Assembly (NCBI RefSeq): GCF_009914755.1
Contig: NC_060931.1
From: the human T2T-CHM13v2.0 reference genome, Homo sapiens
Direction: 5' to 3' (one strand)
DNA: 64,000 nt
A program made the translations under genes and the position numbers. Positions 14,861-30,695 of this stretch are shown piece by piece. The notes beneath the pieces were generated by a model. That model had not been told where the DNA came from. It searched no databases and saw only the letters and a program-made list of their open reading frames with translations. Positions within the stretch are counted from its first letter, which is position 1, and each line of letters opens with the position of its first letter.

Positions 14861-17511
14861 CATATTAGTTCTTTCTCACATTGCTATAAAAAACTACCTG
14901 AGACTGCATAATTTATAAAGAAAAGACATTTAGGCCACACATGGCGGTTCATGCTTGTAATATCAGCACTTTGGGAGGCCAAAGTGGGCAGATCACTATG
15001 GCCAGGAGTTCATGACCAGCCTGTCCAACATGGGAAAACCCAGTCTCTACTAAAAATACAAAACTGAGCCAGGCCGTGGTGGCATATGCCTGTAATCCCA
15101 GCTACTCGGGAGGCTGAGGCAAGAGAATTACTTAAACCCGGGAGGAAGAGGTTGCAGTGAGCCAAGATCACACCCTGAACTCAAGCCTGAACGACGGAGC
15201 AAAACTCTGTCTCGAAAAAAAATAATAAAAGACGTTTAACTGGCTCACCATTCCACAGGCTGTATGGGAGCATGGCTGGGGAGGCCTCAGGAAAATGTGG
15301 CAGAAGGTGAAGAGGAAGAAGGCACATCTTACATGGCCAGAGGAGGAGAAAGAGTGAAGGAGGAGGTGCTACACACTTTTAAACAATCAGATGTCATGAG
15401 AACTCACTCACTATCAAGAAGACAGCAAGGGGGAAATCCGCACCCATGATCCATTCGCCTCCCACCAGACCTCTCCTCCAACACTGAGGATTACAATTTG
15501 ACAAGAGATTTGGGAGAGGACACAAATCCAAACCATATCATTTTGCTCCTGGCTCCTGTCAAATCTCATGTCCTCACATTGCAAAATACAATCATTCCTT
15601 CTTAACAGTCCCCCAAGTATTAACTCATTTCAGCAATAACTCTAAAGTCCACAGACCAAAGTCTCATCTGAGACAAGGCAAGTCCCTTCCACCTATGAGC
15701 CTATAAAATCAAAAACAAGTTAGTTACTTCCAAGATACAATGGAGATATAGGCATTGGGTAAATATACCCATTCCAAAATGGAGAAATCAGCCAAAACAA
15801 AGGGGCTACACATCTCATGCAAGTTCAAAACCCAGCAGGGCAGTTATTGAATCTTAAAGCTTTAAATAATCTCCTTTGATTCCATGTTTCACGTACAGGC
15901 CACAGTGATGCAAGGGGTGGGCCCCCAAGGCTTTGGGAAGCTCTACCCCTGTGGCTCCACAGGGCTCAGCTCGCATGGCTGCTCTCAAGAGCTGGCACTG
16001 AGTGTCTGCGGCTTTGCCAGGTGCACAGTACAAGCTGCTAATGGATCTACCATTCTGGAGTCTGGAAGACTCCACAGGTACAGCTCCACTAGGCAGTGCC
16101 ACAGTGGGCACTCTGTGTGGGGGCTCCAATCACATATTTCCCCTTTGCACCACCCTAGCAGAGGTTCTCCATGAGGGCTCTGCTCCTGCAGCCAACTTCT
16201 GCCTGGACATCCAAGCATTTCCATACATCCTCTGAAATCTAGGCAGAGGCTCCCAAGCCTCAATTCTTGCCTTCTGTGCACCCACACGCTTAATACCATA
16301 TGGAAGCCACCAAGGCTTATGGCTTCCACCCTCTGGAGCAATGGCCTGAGACATATCTGGAGCCCTTTTAGCCAGAGCAGGAGCTGGAGTAGCTGGGATG
16401 CAGGCAGAAGTGTCCCAAACGGCCCTGGGCCTAGCTCACAAAACCACTTTTCCCTCCTAGGCCTCCAGGCCTGTGACAAGAGGGGCTGCCATGAAGGTCT
16501 CTGAAATGACTTTGAGGCATTTTCCCCATTATCTTGGCCATTAACATTTGGCTCCTTTTTATTATATAAATTTTGCAGCCTGCTTTAATTCCTCCCTTGA
16601 AATAGGGTTTTTCTTTTCTACCAAATGATCAGGCTACACATTTTCTAAATTTTTATGCTCTGCTTCCTTTTTAAATATACGTTCCAGTTTCAGATCATCT
16701 CCTTGCTCACACATATGACCATATACTGTTAGAACCAGCTAGGCCACATCTTGAATGCTTTGCTGTTTAGAAATTTCTTCCACCAGATACCCTAAATCAC
16801 CACTTTCAAGTTCAAAGTTCCACAGATCCCTAGAGCAAGGACACAGTGCTGCCGGGTGTCTTTGCTAAAGCATAGCACGTGTGACCTTTACTCCAGTTCC
16901 CAATGAGTTCCTCATTTCCATCTGAGACTACTTCAGCCTTGACTCTACTGTCCATATCACTATCAGCATTTTGGTCACAACAATTTAACAAGTCTCTAGG
17001 AAGCTCCAAACTTTCCCTCATCTTCCTGTCTTCTTCAAAGGCCTCCAAACACCTGCCCATTACCCAGTTCCAAAGCTGCTTCCATATTTTCAGATAACTT
17101 TACAGCAATGCCAAACTTCTTGGTACCAACTTTCTGTATTAGTCCGTTCTCACATTGCTATAAAGAACTACTTAAGATTGGGTAATTTTTAAAGAAAAGA
17201 GATTTAATTGGCTCACAATTCCATGGGCTGTACAGGAAGCATGGTTGGGGAGGCCTCAGGAAACTTACAATCATGGCAAAAGGTGAAGAAGGAGGCACGT
17301 TTTACATGGCTGAAGCAGGGGGAAGAGAGCAAAGGGGGAGGTGCTGAACACTTTTAAACAACCAGATCTCATGATAACTCACTATCACAAGAACAACAAG
17401 GGGGAAATCTGCCCCCATGATCCAATCACCTCCCACAAGGCCCCTCCTCCAACACTGGGGAATACAATTCAACATGAGATTTGGGTGGGGACACAAATCC
17501 AAACCACATCG
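14861..17511 (-). mobile_element. MaLR MST (MSTA/B-like) provirus: LTR 14861-15540 (with an Alu at about 14933-15228), internal region, LTR 17135-17511
   Basis: Two homologous MST LTRs, typical MaLR internal sequence, 5-bp TSD CCCCC (14856-60 and 17512-16). Confidence 0.9.
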
Positions 17512-17916
17512 CCCCCAGAACAGAGAAGCATATATGCAGAATCCCTTACTTTCTCTCTTTTCATAATCAGAAACTCATATAAATTAATTCATGCCACGGT
17601 AGAGGTAAGCCAGTTTTGTGCTAGAAAAAGTATACATTGCTTAATTTTTATGATGCTATTGTTTTAACTTCTACTCACTCCTCCCCCATCTGCCCAGCCA
17701 CTGGTGTATTCAGAAATTGACTAATTTTCTTTCTCTATTTTAAGGTATACAAAAATGTAACTATGTGACTGGCTGCTGTTTTGTGTCATGGAAACTTTAT
17801 TGATGGAATCTATATTAATCTTCAAATTTATGGCCCTTCTAAATTGCAGTTAGGAATGTGAACACTGCAAAAGGTTTACTTATTCTTAGAAATCCATCAG
17901 ACACCACTACATTCTC

Positions 17917-18270
17917 CAGCTTACAATGATAATGGCTCAACTTACAATTTTCTGACTTTATGATGATGCAAAAGCCACACACATTTAGTAGAAACCACAC
18001 TTCGAGCACCCAATCATTCTGTTTTTCACTTTCAGTGCAGTATGCAATAAATTACATGAGATATTCAACACTTATAAAAGAGTCCTTGTATTAAATGATT
18101 TTGCCCAACTGTAGGCTAATGTAACTATTCTGAGCACACTTAAGGTAGGCTAGGCTAAGCTATGAAGTTTGGTAGGTTAGGCTTACTAAATGCATTTTTG
18201 ACATATGATGTTTCCAATTTATGACAGGTTTACTGGGACATAACCCAATCACAAATTGAGGAGCATCTGT
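17917..18270. mobile_element. Tigger3-like DNA transposon remnant
   Basis: GAGGAGCATCTG-TA terminus and typical internal sequence. Confidence 0.7.
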
Positions 18271-18363
18271 AGTCTATTTTGGCTATGTTCAAGAAAGCAC
18301 ATTCTAAGATCTTTGAGTTTCTACTTCACACCCTAAATTCTTCAGTTAAAAAATTAACATGAG

Positions 18364-18649
18364 GGCCAGGTGCAGTGGCTCACACCTGTAATCCCAGCAC
18401 TTTGCAAGGCGGGTGGATCATGAGGTCAGGAGTTTGAGACCAGCCTGGCCAATATGGTGAAACCCTGTCTCTACTAAAAATGTAAAAATTAGCCGGGTGT
18501 GGTGGCACATCCCTGTAGTCCCAGCTGCTTGGGAGGCTAAGGCAGGAGAATCACTTGAACCTGGGAGGCGGAGGTTGCAGTGAGCGAGATCGTGACACTG
18601 ACTCCAGCCTGGACAACAGAGTGAGACTCCATCTCAAAAAAAAAAAAAA
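18364..18649 (+). mobile_element. AluS
   Basis: Alu consensus; TSD AAAAAATTAACATGA. Confidence 0.95.
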
Positions 18650-18679
18650 ATTAACATGAATGTCATATGGACTTTATGA

Positions 18680-19177
18680 TAGGTTGGATAACTGCCCCAA
18701 GTATGTCTACATCCTAATCTCCCGGACCTATGAATATTACCTTATATGGCAAAAGTGGCTTTGCAGATTTGATTGAGAATTTTGAGTTGGAAAGATTTTC
18801 CTGGATTATCTGGTTGGGCCGTAAATGTAATCACAAGTCCCCTTATTAGAGGAAGGAAGAGGAAGATTTGATGACAGAGGAGAAGGCCATATGACAGAAG
18901 CAGACAGATTTGAAGATGCTACAGTTCTGGCTTTTAAAACGGAGGAAGGGCCTAATAAGCCAAGAAATACAAGAAATGCAACTCTAAAAGCTGGAAGGGC
19001 AAGGAATCAGATTCTCTTCTGGATCCTCCAGAGGGACAGCAGCCCTGTAGACACCTTGAATTTATCTCAATGAAATTAATTTTGGATTTTTTGCCTCCAG
19101 AACTATAAGCGAAATATATGTGCTGCTTTAAGCCACTAAGTTTGTGACTGTTAGAACAGCCATAAGAAACCAATACA
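18680..19177 (+). mobile_element. MLT1-type MaLR solo LTR
   Basis: MLT1C/D-like motifs, ending ...aaaccaataca. Confidence 0.75.
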
Positions 19178-20665
19178 GGGTCCCCAGAGCCCCCTTTATT
19201 TCTCTACTTATTTCTGTAATAGGCTTAATCCCACCAAACTGGAGCTCAAGTTCTAGTACTAGCAGAAAGCACTTTAGAGGATGCCTGGCATAGAGTCAAG
19301 CTCTTTTGTAATTCCTGCTGGCATAAGCCTGTTACCCAGTGGTGATGCCTGGTACCTAAAGACGAAAGGTCATGAGGTATAAAGAACAGAGAAATCCTTA
19401 AGTACCACTAGCTGGTTACTACAATCTCAAAGTGCTCTCTCATCCAGTTTTGAACTTCACCTTATAGTTAATGTGCAGCAGTTTCAAATTCCCTCTGGAG
19501 TCATACCTACATTTAAGTTCAGACTCTGCCACTTACAAGTTTTGTGACTTTGCACAAGTTTCTTGAGTTTTGGGTTTCCTTCTCCCCAAAAAAGAGTTAC
19601 TAGTAATTCCTACATCAAAAGGCTGCTGTGTGGATTAAATTATAATGTAGGCAAAACATTTTTTGGAAGTACTAGCACACAGTATATGGTCAATAAATTA
19701 ATCACCAACACCAACAATATGGTCATAATCATTATTACTAATAATTATTTAAATTTTAGCTTTTGTATAGCAAATCAAGTTTTAACAATCACTTATCTGA
19801 ACACATGAACATCTTACATTTACTATAATAGATTTTTTTAAATAATTTGGAAATTAAATTGTTTTTCTCTGGAAACTTTTTGTGGCATCATTATAAGTCA
19901 ATATCAAAACTGTTTAAAATATTAGGATCTGTTCAGACATATTCTATAAAAACATATATTTAGGTATGTTAGTCTGATCAACTGTAATAGTTAATAAAGA
20001 CTATGTCCTCTCAGGACACAAGATTAATATAACTTCAGTGCGCTGTTCAATATCATCCACAAAATATAAATATACCTATCATCATGGAAATGTGCATTGA
20101 CCTTAATGTACAGAATACTCATAAATCATTTTCAGTCCTCTTCCTGTTCTACACATTCTCTTTCATCATCCATTTTTTCAATCTCATCTCCTCCCGCTAC
20201 CCATATATAATCTATTTCCAGCCACTCAACACTTCTTACCACTTCCCGAAACTTCCACACTTTCTCACCTCTTTGTGACTTGGCACAATTATTATCACTT
20301 TTATTAAATGAAACTTTCTAGAATCTACCAAGTTCCTTCCCCTGTTCCCACAGCTTTTTGTGCATATTTCCATGGAAGCGTTTACACATTACATGGTAGC
20401 TACTGCATGCATCTTCTTCCTTACTAATCTGTAAACAATTTCAGAACAGGAATCTTACTTCACATTTCTCTGTATCTTCATTTCTTAGCAAAGTATCTAG
20501 AACAAAGTATGTCCTTACTAAATATGTATTGAATGAGTGAATGCATAACCACAATATAATGTTCAATTAGTACCAAGATATTTAGTTTTTAAAATCAAAG
20601 ATCTTGATTGTTTACATGTTAAAACTAGAAAAGTCTTGATATGTTTTATTAGCCTCCAAACTTAC

Positions 20666-20800
20666 CTGAGTATCTTATCTGCAGTACAGAATGTGGGATA
20701 CCTAATAAGTGTGAAAAATGGTCCTTAAGATATTTAAGAATGGTATCAACCTTAAAAGGTATTACAATTTCCTGGCCCACTGGAATAAGTACAACTTTTA
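20666..20800 (-). CDS. IQUB: IQUB exon 3 ([45 protein letters not shown]; ubiquitin-like domain, first half)
   Basis: tttacag| acceptor, CAG|gtaag donor, 135 nt, phase 1-1, open in frame with exon 2. Confidence 0.95.
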
Positions 20801-22708
20801 CTGTAAATTAAATAGAAAAGAAAGAATTATAGTCAAATATAGCAAAGGTCAGCAAACTACAGTCCACAAACAGATACAGAATTATGTGTTAATTTTTAAT
20901 TACATAGAATACAAGTTGTTCTTGCTAGTGTTTCCCTGCTGTGCCCCAATGATAACAGTTACTTTTAATTTTCTATAAGGAGAAGTAGCCAATATTTAGT
21001 TGCTTTGAAAATCAACCCATAATCTCAAAAATTAGCTCTAATGTTCAATACCTGGTATGTATCATTCAGATATAAGCATAGGATACATCTCAGGAAATCA
21101 CGCATTTTTGCATAGTGAATTTAGGAAAGAGAGACCTGAGACAGAGAGAGTGTCCCAGAAGTTAGAAATGCACTATAACTACTTTTCACAAAGAGGGACA
21201 TTATATGGCTCAATCCCCTCTAGAAAAGAGAGAATCAAGATACTTACACATTAAAAAATTTTTAAATGTTATTATAAAATGATTATCTGTTCATGAATAT
21301 AGGAGGGAAATACAGTATGTAAAAAGTAATTAATATGGGTAAACTGTTTTACATCTACAGACTTCAAATTTTAATGGAGAAGATGTAAGAAGAAGTAGTA
21401 TAGAATAAAGACTGTGGATCAAAAAAGTTTTGTATATTTCTAGATTCCTGAAATTACAGTTTTCGTAAAGCTAAAAATAAGACATTTATCAATAACATGA
21501 CAAAATTTAAGTAGGCATTGGTAATGCGAAGGTTCTTTGAGCTTGTTAAAACTTGTTTCCACAGTTCTCTATCAACAAAGAGAATACTTTCTCAGATGGC
21601 AAATATAAGAAGGTTATTTTAATTAATAAATTTTAAAACTTTCATAGTAGTGACTTCTTAAGCTTTGGGAAGGGGAAATGTGTCAAGGGATTTGTGAAGT
21701 TCAGGAGGTAAAGGACCAAGACAACATTTTTTTAAAAATCACTATGTGTTTAAGTTATAATATCAGGGAATGACAGAAATACCCAAAAATGAAACCCAAA
21801 TTTACATTAAATACTAAAATTGAGAGATACCTGCTTCAGTCAGGTATAACTGGGCTTACGTAGTTTTCTCTCCTTCTTTTCTTTCTTTACTTATATGGAC
21901 ACATCACACAAGGGTAAACTACACCACCAGATTCAAAAGCTACATTTTACCAGCCAAACTAAGCTGCTGTTATTATTGTTGTTAAATCATGGCTCATGTT
22001 CTCCACTCTGTAGGCAGAAACTCTCTCAAAACTCATTCACAAGACGGAAAAGGAGCAGTCAGTTAACCATGCAACTAGAATGGTTCTCTGTGTAACCACC
22101 TTATTGCTGCTGCCACTCTGCTGTTATTAAGAATATAATAATAACTACTGTATGCTATCAACATTATTTTGTGTCTTTAAAATTAACCTACAATGAAAAA
22201 CAATGATTTTTCTGAAGGAAAATATAAGTTAACACTAAACAGACTATAGAAATATGTAAAAGCAACATGATATGTAGAATAAGCGAGCACTGGATACGAA
22301 ACTAGAAAAATCCATTGTCTAGTTCCCATGCACCTCTTGCTATTTAGGTACAACAATTAATTCCAAATTGGCATGTAAAATAATTCCCATTTTAGTCAAT
22401 AATTTCTCCATCATTTTCCAAGGTGGTAAACATTTTTAAAACCTACTTTCTTTGAAAAAATGTATAAATATCAATTTTTAAATTTAATGATGCTCATTCA
22501 TTGACGAAAAATAGATACTGCAGAATAGAGAAGCTTTCACAAATAGTTAAGAGATTCAAGCTATGTAACTCTGGAAGTTTGGTGGATAAGGGAAAGGGAA
22601 AGGAATATCAAATATAAAACAAATCTTTAAGCAAAAATAAGCCAACAAGAAAACGCATTCATTCTTCAAAATGAGAAAATGAAATAGCCTATCTTCCTTA
22701 GGTAGTAC

Positions 22709-23105
22709 CTGTTGCTAGAGAATCTTCCACTGATTCTTGCAAAGATTCCTTTACAGACTTTATTTTATCCAGAAATGCCAAACTATCATCATTTGGCCTC
22801 TGCATTGCATATTGCTTTTCATGATGTTGCGGAGTATATGAAACTTGTCTTGGTGATATAACCTCTTCCATGAGTTGTTCATTGTCTGGTTCCAGGCTTG
22901 AAAAGCTTTGGTCACTCTGCTCCTCAACATGTATTGCATGGCTCTCACTGAATTGTTCTATTCCAGATTCATGCTCTTCAGTTTGATCTGACTCTTGAGG
23001 CTCTTCTGAGGGAACTGGAATAGTGACAGTATCAAAAGCATCATCACTCTCTTCTGTTGAATTGACTATATTCTGAGCTTCATACTTCTCCTGTTGATTA
23101 GACAT
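22709..23105 (-). CDS. IQUB: IQUB exon 2 coding part (MSNQQEKYEAQ...SLAT, acidic N-terminus); exon starts at 23109
   Basis: ORF 22698-23105; acceptor ttcag|GAAAATG; donor ACAG|gtacta; 397 coding nt, phase 1. Confidence 0.95.
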
Positions 23106-24393
23106 TTTCCTGAATTAAGAAAAATAAACACATTTACTACATAGATGAAGTTTCTACACAAAAAATCAAATTCATTGCTAGTATAGAGTAACATTCATAA
23201 TATTCAACTAAAATGTTGCTCAATTTAAAAAAATGTTTATCTTAGTAATAGCATCAGGTTAAAAAAAAGAACCTCAAAACAATAAATTTGACAATACTCT
23301 GCAAAGAATATATGGAAAAACATTTTTTAATATCTTGTCATTTCTTATTTCTTCCTTATTTTAGTCTCATATTTTTTGAAACTTCCTTATTTAATGAAGA
23401 ATGCCTCATGAAAAGACTTTTTGAATTTCTTTTTTCTGAATACGAAACTGATGGATGCTTCTAGCATTACAAATGATTAGAAGCTCCAAGGAACCAGCCA
23501 GCTCTATAGCAAGTGTACCCTGAACAGAATACACTTTTTGTAGTAGCTCTGCTCTTACAAATTGTAGCAGAGGTCTACAGTGACCTCTGCTCCCCCCAAA
23601 TAAACCTATTACAACAAATATGGATTGAGCTTGGAGCTGACTAGACCCACAGCTATAGCAACCACGAGCTTGGGTCTGGAAGACAAGATGACAGCATCTA
23701 AAAGCTTGGGCCAGGATAGTCCAAGGCATGCCAGAGCCGGGCTGCAGATGCAGGAGCTAAATCAGAGAAACAAATGTCCAATATAGCAGGGAGCCCACCT
23801 ATAGAAGTCAGGAAGGGAAAATAGGGAAGGTAGCCCCCAGACCAGATTTCTATGGCAAAGGCAAGGGGAATATGAAACCTTGAAACAGTAGTGAGGTGGA
23901 AAAGCTCTCTCTGGGGCTTCTACTTTGAGCACAAATCTTTATGGAGAAAATAAATTCACCCACAGCCAGTGGAATTCTCTGGCTACTAAGTTATAAATTT
24001 TTAAAAATGGAAATATCTGCAATAAAAATATATAATTGTTTATCTCAGTGAATAAGCTATACAAGATTAGAGAGAGTTGAAGAGAGAATTAGTAAACTGG
24101 AAGATAAATAAAATGATTTTATATAGAATGATGCAAACAGATAAGATACAAAAAATATGAGACTAAAAGCCATGGAAAAGAAAGCCTAGCATGTTTTTGC
24201 TAAGCATATATTTTGTTGTGAGCTAAGAATGATTTTGTATTGTGAAACCAAAAAACAACAAAGATGCATTGGAGACTATGTGCGGTCTTTGCAGTCTAAA
24301 AAAAACCTGTGAAGTCCTTTTCATAAAATGTTTGCCAGCTTCTGAACTAACATATGTCAAAATGGAGTCCCAGAAGGAAAAATAGAAAGATAG

Positions 24394-24713
<320 letters not shown>

Positions 24714-27636
24714 AGGAAAAATATTTTAAAAGGTTATAGCTGAGAACTCTTCAAAACTGATAAAAGAATACGGATCCTCAGATCCAGGAAGCATAACATA
24801 AATATATACCAAACAGGTTAAATAAAAATAATTAATAGTCATATACATTGTAATGAAATTACAGACTATCGAAGACAAAGAGAAGGTCCTGAAAGTACAA
24901 TGATAAAGAATATAACATCTGCTGTTTTGAATCATATTAATTTGCTGACATTAATACAAAGAAAAGTAAAATCACTGCAGACTTATCAGAAAAATAGGAG
25001 CCAATGCAACAATAGGCTAACTGAAAGAAGAAAACTATCAACCTAGAATTGTGCACCCAGCAAAATTACCTCTCAAGAAAGAAAACAGAAGCATTTACAA
25101 GTTAGTTACTAAGTTACCACCAAGATATTTGCTCTAAAGGAACTTCTAAAGAATATACTCAAAGGAGGAAAATGATTTCAAGGGATGTCTGAAGTGCAAC
25201 TTGGAAAGGTAAATGTGAAAAATCATAAACATATGGGTAAATCCAAACAAATACTGTTAATACAAAATGATAGTAAATTGAAATATTAGACAATAATATA
25301 TAATTGAGAAGGGAAAAAAACAGACCAAACTCTCTCAAATCCTTACACTGTTTATAATTTGTTTATTTGTATAGACTTAGGGAGTACAAGTACAGTGCAG
25401 TTTTGTTACATTAATATATTGTGTAGTGGTGAAGTCTGGGCTTTTATTGAGGCCATCACCCTAATAGTATACACAGTACCCACTGAATAATTTCTCATCC
25501 CTCACACCCTTCCCATGCTCCCTTTCTTTCAAGTCTCCAATGTCTATTATTCCACTCTCTATGTTCAGGTATAGATGTTATTTCACTCCTACTTATAAGT
25601 GAGAACATGTGATATTTGACTTTCTGTTTCTGAGTTATTTCACTTAAAATAATGGCCTCCCATTCCAAGGGGGACATATTCTTAACCTTAGACTTTGTTA
25701 CTTAAATATGCACAGTTAAATCTCACTATAAGCAATAAAAAACAGAAACATAGTTTTTAAATTTCAAAACAATCAAGAGGGAAAGAAGTGGAATGAGAAA
25801 AACCTGAACAAAGCTCAATTTTAAAAAAAATCAAGAAACTTCTTCAGGCTCTCACCACAAAAAACAAAAAACAAACAAACAAAAAACAAAAAACACACAC
25901 ACAAAAACACCATTTTGATTATTTTCTCCTGTAACAGAGCTTAATGGCCTAATTAGAAAGAGAATATCATAACAAAGCCCTACCTCCTAGCAACATATTA
26001 GCCAACACCCCAAACTAGCCAAGATGGTATCTTCTAAAAACAGCAATAACAACAAAATCAAGAACTTCTGCTCTTCAGAAAACACAACTGGGAGAATAAA
26101 AAGACAAATCATAGACTGGAAGATACTTTTCACAAAATGCATATCTGATAAAGGACTTATATTCAGACTATATAGAGAATAATAAGAAAAAATAATATTT
26201 AAAAAGGGTAAAAGATTTAAACAGACACTTCACCAAAGAATACATATAGAAGGCAATTAAGCAGGGCCAGGCCTAGGTTGAGGCAAGTGAAGTGCCTAAC
26301 TGCTCTACACTTGTACTCATGTCTGAAAATGAATGCCTCCTAAAATTTTGGGCCTAGGTACATCATTTGCATCACCCTAGTCTCAGCCCTGAGAACAAAC
26401 ACATAAAAATAAGCTCAATATCATTACTCATTATAAAAATGGAATTTCAAATCACAATGAGATAGCACTACATACCTATTAGAATAATTAAAATAATATT
26501 TTTTAAAGCTCTCTAATAGCAAGTGCTAGTGAGTGCATATAAAGACAAGTGGTACACACAACAACATGGATGAAACTCAAATTATGCTCAGTGAAGAAGC
26601 CAGCTTTACTAAGGCTGTGTACTATTGACTCAATTTATATGACAAATCCTAGGGTTAGAAAACATACCAAAGCCTAAGGGTAAAGATAAGAGTTGATTAC
26701 AGAAGGATGTGGGGATTTTTTACGTGATGGAAACACTCAAAATCTCAATTGTGGTAGTGGTTATGCAAACTATATGCGTTTATTAAAATGTATAGCACTG
26801 CAGACTAAAGAGGGCAAATTTTAATGTGTCTAGATTATCCCTTACTAGAAAGATGACAAAAAGTAAAAGCAATTAATGCTCCTTTCAGTAGGGGGAAAAA
26901 AAGTGTGCTATTAAGACTAAGACTCAAGGAATTTCAATAACAATAACAATTTTTGAAAATCGACGAGGCAGGGAAAAAGAACTGATCCCAGATGTAAGGT
27001 CAGTAGTATAGGAAATGATAAATAGCAAAGAAAGTGAAAATACATGGGTAAATATAAATGCACTTTGGCTGTATAAAAATAATGTCATAAAGTCATACAC
27101 ACACAGAAATACAAAACAATCATTTGTCATATCTGTTGTGGGGGTGAAAATGATAAAAAGGGCATTTATCTTATCATAATTCATTAATCTGTAAATGTGT
27201 TTTATGTGGCTTTCTGATTTTGTGCTATACTTAATAAAGAAGCCAAATCAAAAAGAAGAAAGAGGAAGAGGAGGATGAAGTACTCTATATGTTGACAGAA
27301 GTCACACTCCAAGATTTATTAAGTGAGAAAAAGAAAGAAGGTGAAATAAGAATATATATTCATGTTTGTTTCTATTTGGATAAAGAAACACTCAGAAAAG
27401 TATGAAAGAAACTAAGAAAACTAGTTATCTGATGGGGGGCAAGGTGAGTAGGAAGTAGCCAGAACAAGGGTGGGCTCCAGAATTCTCAATGTATTATTTT
27501 TAATATTTTTAAACAATATAAATGTATTACCTGTTTTAAAAATTAGATAAGACATCATAGGGAAAACACAAGGTGGCTGGGAGAATATGTGATCAAGAGT
27601 GGTAAAGCCTCTTTAGGAATAGGAACTAAAAATTAT

Positions 27637-28445
<809 letters not shown>

Positions 28446-29372
28446 ATGAGGAATCAGAACCATCCATGGACCAACAACAAAAAAGCTTCTGAGAGTCAGT
28501 ATCTAGTGATTATTTTCATAGCTATGTAGTAAGAATAACCATTTCACAACAGCAATTACATTGTCTTTCCTACAGCCAGCAAGAACAATGCTTGCTCACC
28601 TATGCCCTGAAACTTTGTTAGGTTCCATCTGACACTACCCAATGTGAACAAGGCCCCATTTAACAGACACAACACTTAAAAGCAGTCCGAAGGTATAGAT
28701 ACCTAAAGGGCAAGCCATGCCTATATCTGTCTAATAAGGTTGAAAAGGATTAAACCAGCTTGAATGCCCACCAGGGCATGAGAGTTGATCCAATAGGCCT
28801 AAGATAATAAATTTCATAACTGTAACATGAGTAAATTATATCTAACAGTATAATAAAACAATAATATAACACAACCAAGGAAGGTCTACTTTTAGAGTCA
28901 TCCTTTTATTTTTTTTTTCTTTCGCTCACCCATTATCCAGCCACTCAAAAAGCACTGTCAATACTGACCTGAAAATTTAGTCTCAGTCTACTTTTTTCTG
29001 CCATCCTATCATATTTTGACAGTACTACTGCAACAGTCTCTTAGCTGGTTATCTTAATTTCATTCTTGAAACTCCTACCCCACCAACCCCTGCCAAAAAA
29101 ATCCATTATTCTCACAGCAGCCAGAAAAATATTTTTTAAAGAAAATCATGCCATGCCCCTCTCATACTTGCTTAAATACCTCTAAAATAAAATGCTTTCC
29201 AGAATAAAATCCAAACTACTCACCATGGCCTTCAAGGTCCTAAATGATCTAGCCCCTGCCTCTCTGACCTCATCTTCTAAACAACCCCACCTTTTACCAT
29301 ATCTAGGGCTGATCTCCCTCTTGGGGCTTTTGCATTTTATGTTTCCTCTGTCAGAAATGTGTTACTACAAAC

Positions 29373-29680
<308 letters not shown>

Positions 29681-29779
29681 TAATTCCTCATCTTCCATGT
29701 CTCAGTTTCCAGGGAGGCCTCCCTAATCATACCTCAAATACCCCCTAATTTATTTTTTTCATCAATATAATCACTACAT

Positions 29780-30695
29780 TTCTCAAAAGAAGACATAAAA
29801 ATAGCCAACAGGTATATGAAAAAATACTCAACATCAATAATAATCAGAGAAATGCAAATCAAAACCACAATAAGACATCATCTCACCCCAGTTAAAATGG
29901 CTATTGTCAAAAAGAAAATAACAGATGCTGGCAAGGATGCAAAGAAAGGGGAATGGTAGTACACTGTTAGCGGGAAATGTAAATTACTACAGCCATTGTA
30001 GAAAACAGCAGGAAGTTTCCTTAAAAAACTAAAAATAGTTCTACCATATAATCCAGCAATTCCACTGCTGGGTATATAACCAAAAGAAAGGAAATCAGCA
30101 TATTGAAGAGATATCTGCACTCCCATGTTTACTACAGCACTATCCACAATAGTCAATCAACCTAAGTGTCTACCACCGAATAAAGAAAGAAAATGTGGCA
30201 TGTATACACACAATGAAATATTATTAAGCCATAAAAAAGAATGAAATTATGTCATTTGCAACAACATGGGTGAAACTGGGGGACATTATGTTAAGTAAAA
30301 TAAGCAAGGCACAGAAAGACAAATATCACATGTTCTCATTCAAAAGTAGGAGCTTAAAAAGTTGATCTCACAAGGATAGAGAGTAGAATGATGGTTACCA
30401 GAAGCTGAGAAGGGCAGGAGGGAGGAAGGATGAAGTAAGGTTGGTTAAGGGGTTCAAAAATACATTTACATAGAAGGAGTAAGTTCTATGTTTGATAGCA
30501 CCGTACGGTGACTATAGTTAACAATATTTTATATTTCAAAATAGCTAGAAGAAAAGTTTTGGAATATTCCCAGAACAAAGAAATGACAAGGTAACAGATA
30601 TCCTAATTACCTTAATTTGATTATTACAAATTGTATGCACGTATCAAATATCACAGTTGCTCAATAAATATGTACAATTATGTATAAACAAAAAT
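29780..30695 (+). mobile_element. L1MA-like 3' end
   Basis: L1 ORF2 C-terminus and 3' UTR similarity. Confidence 0.8.
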
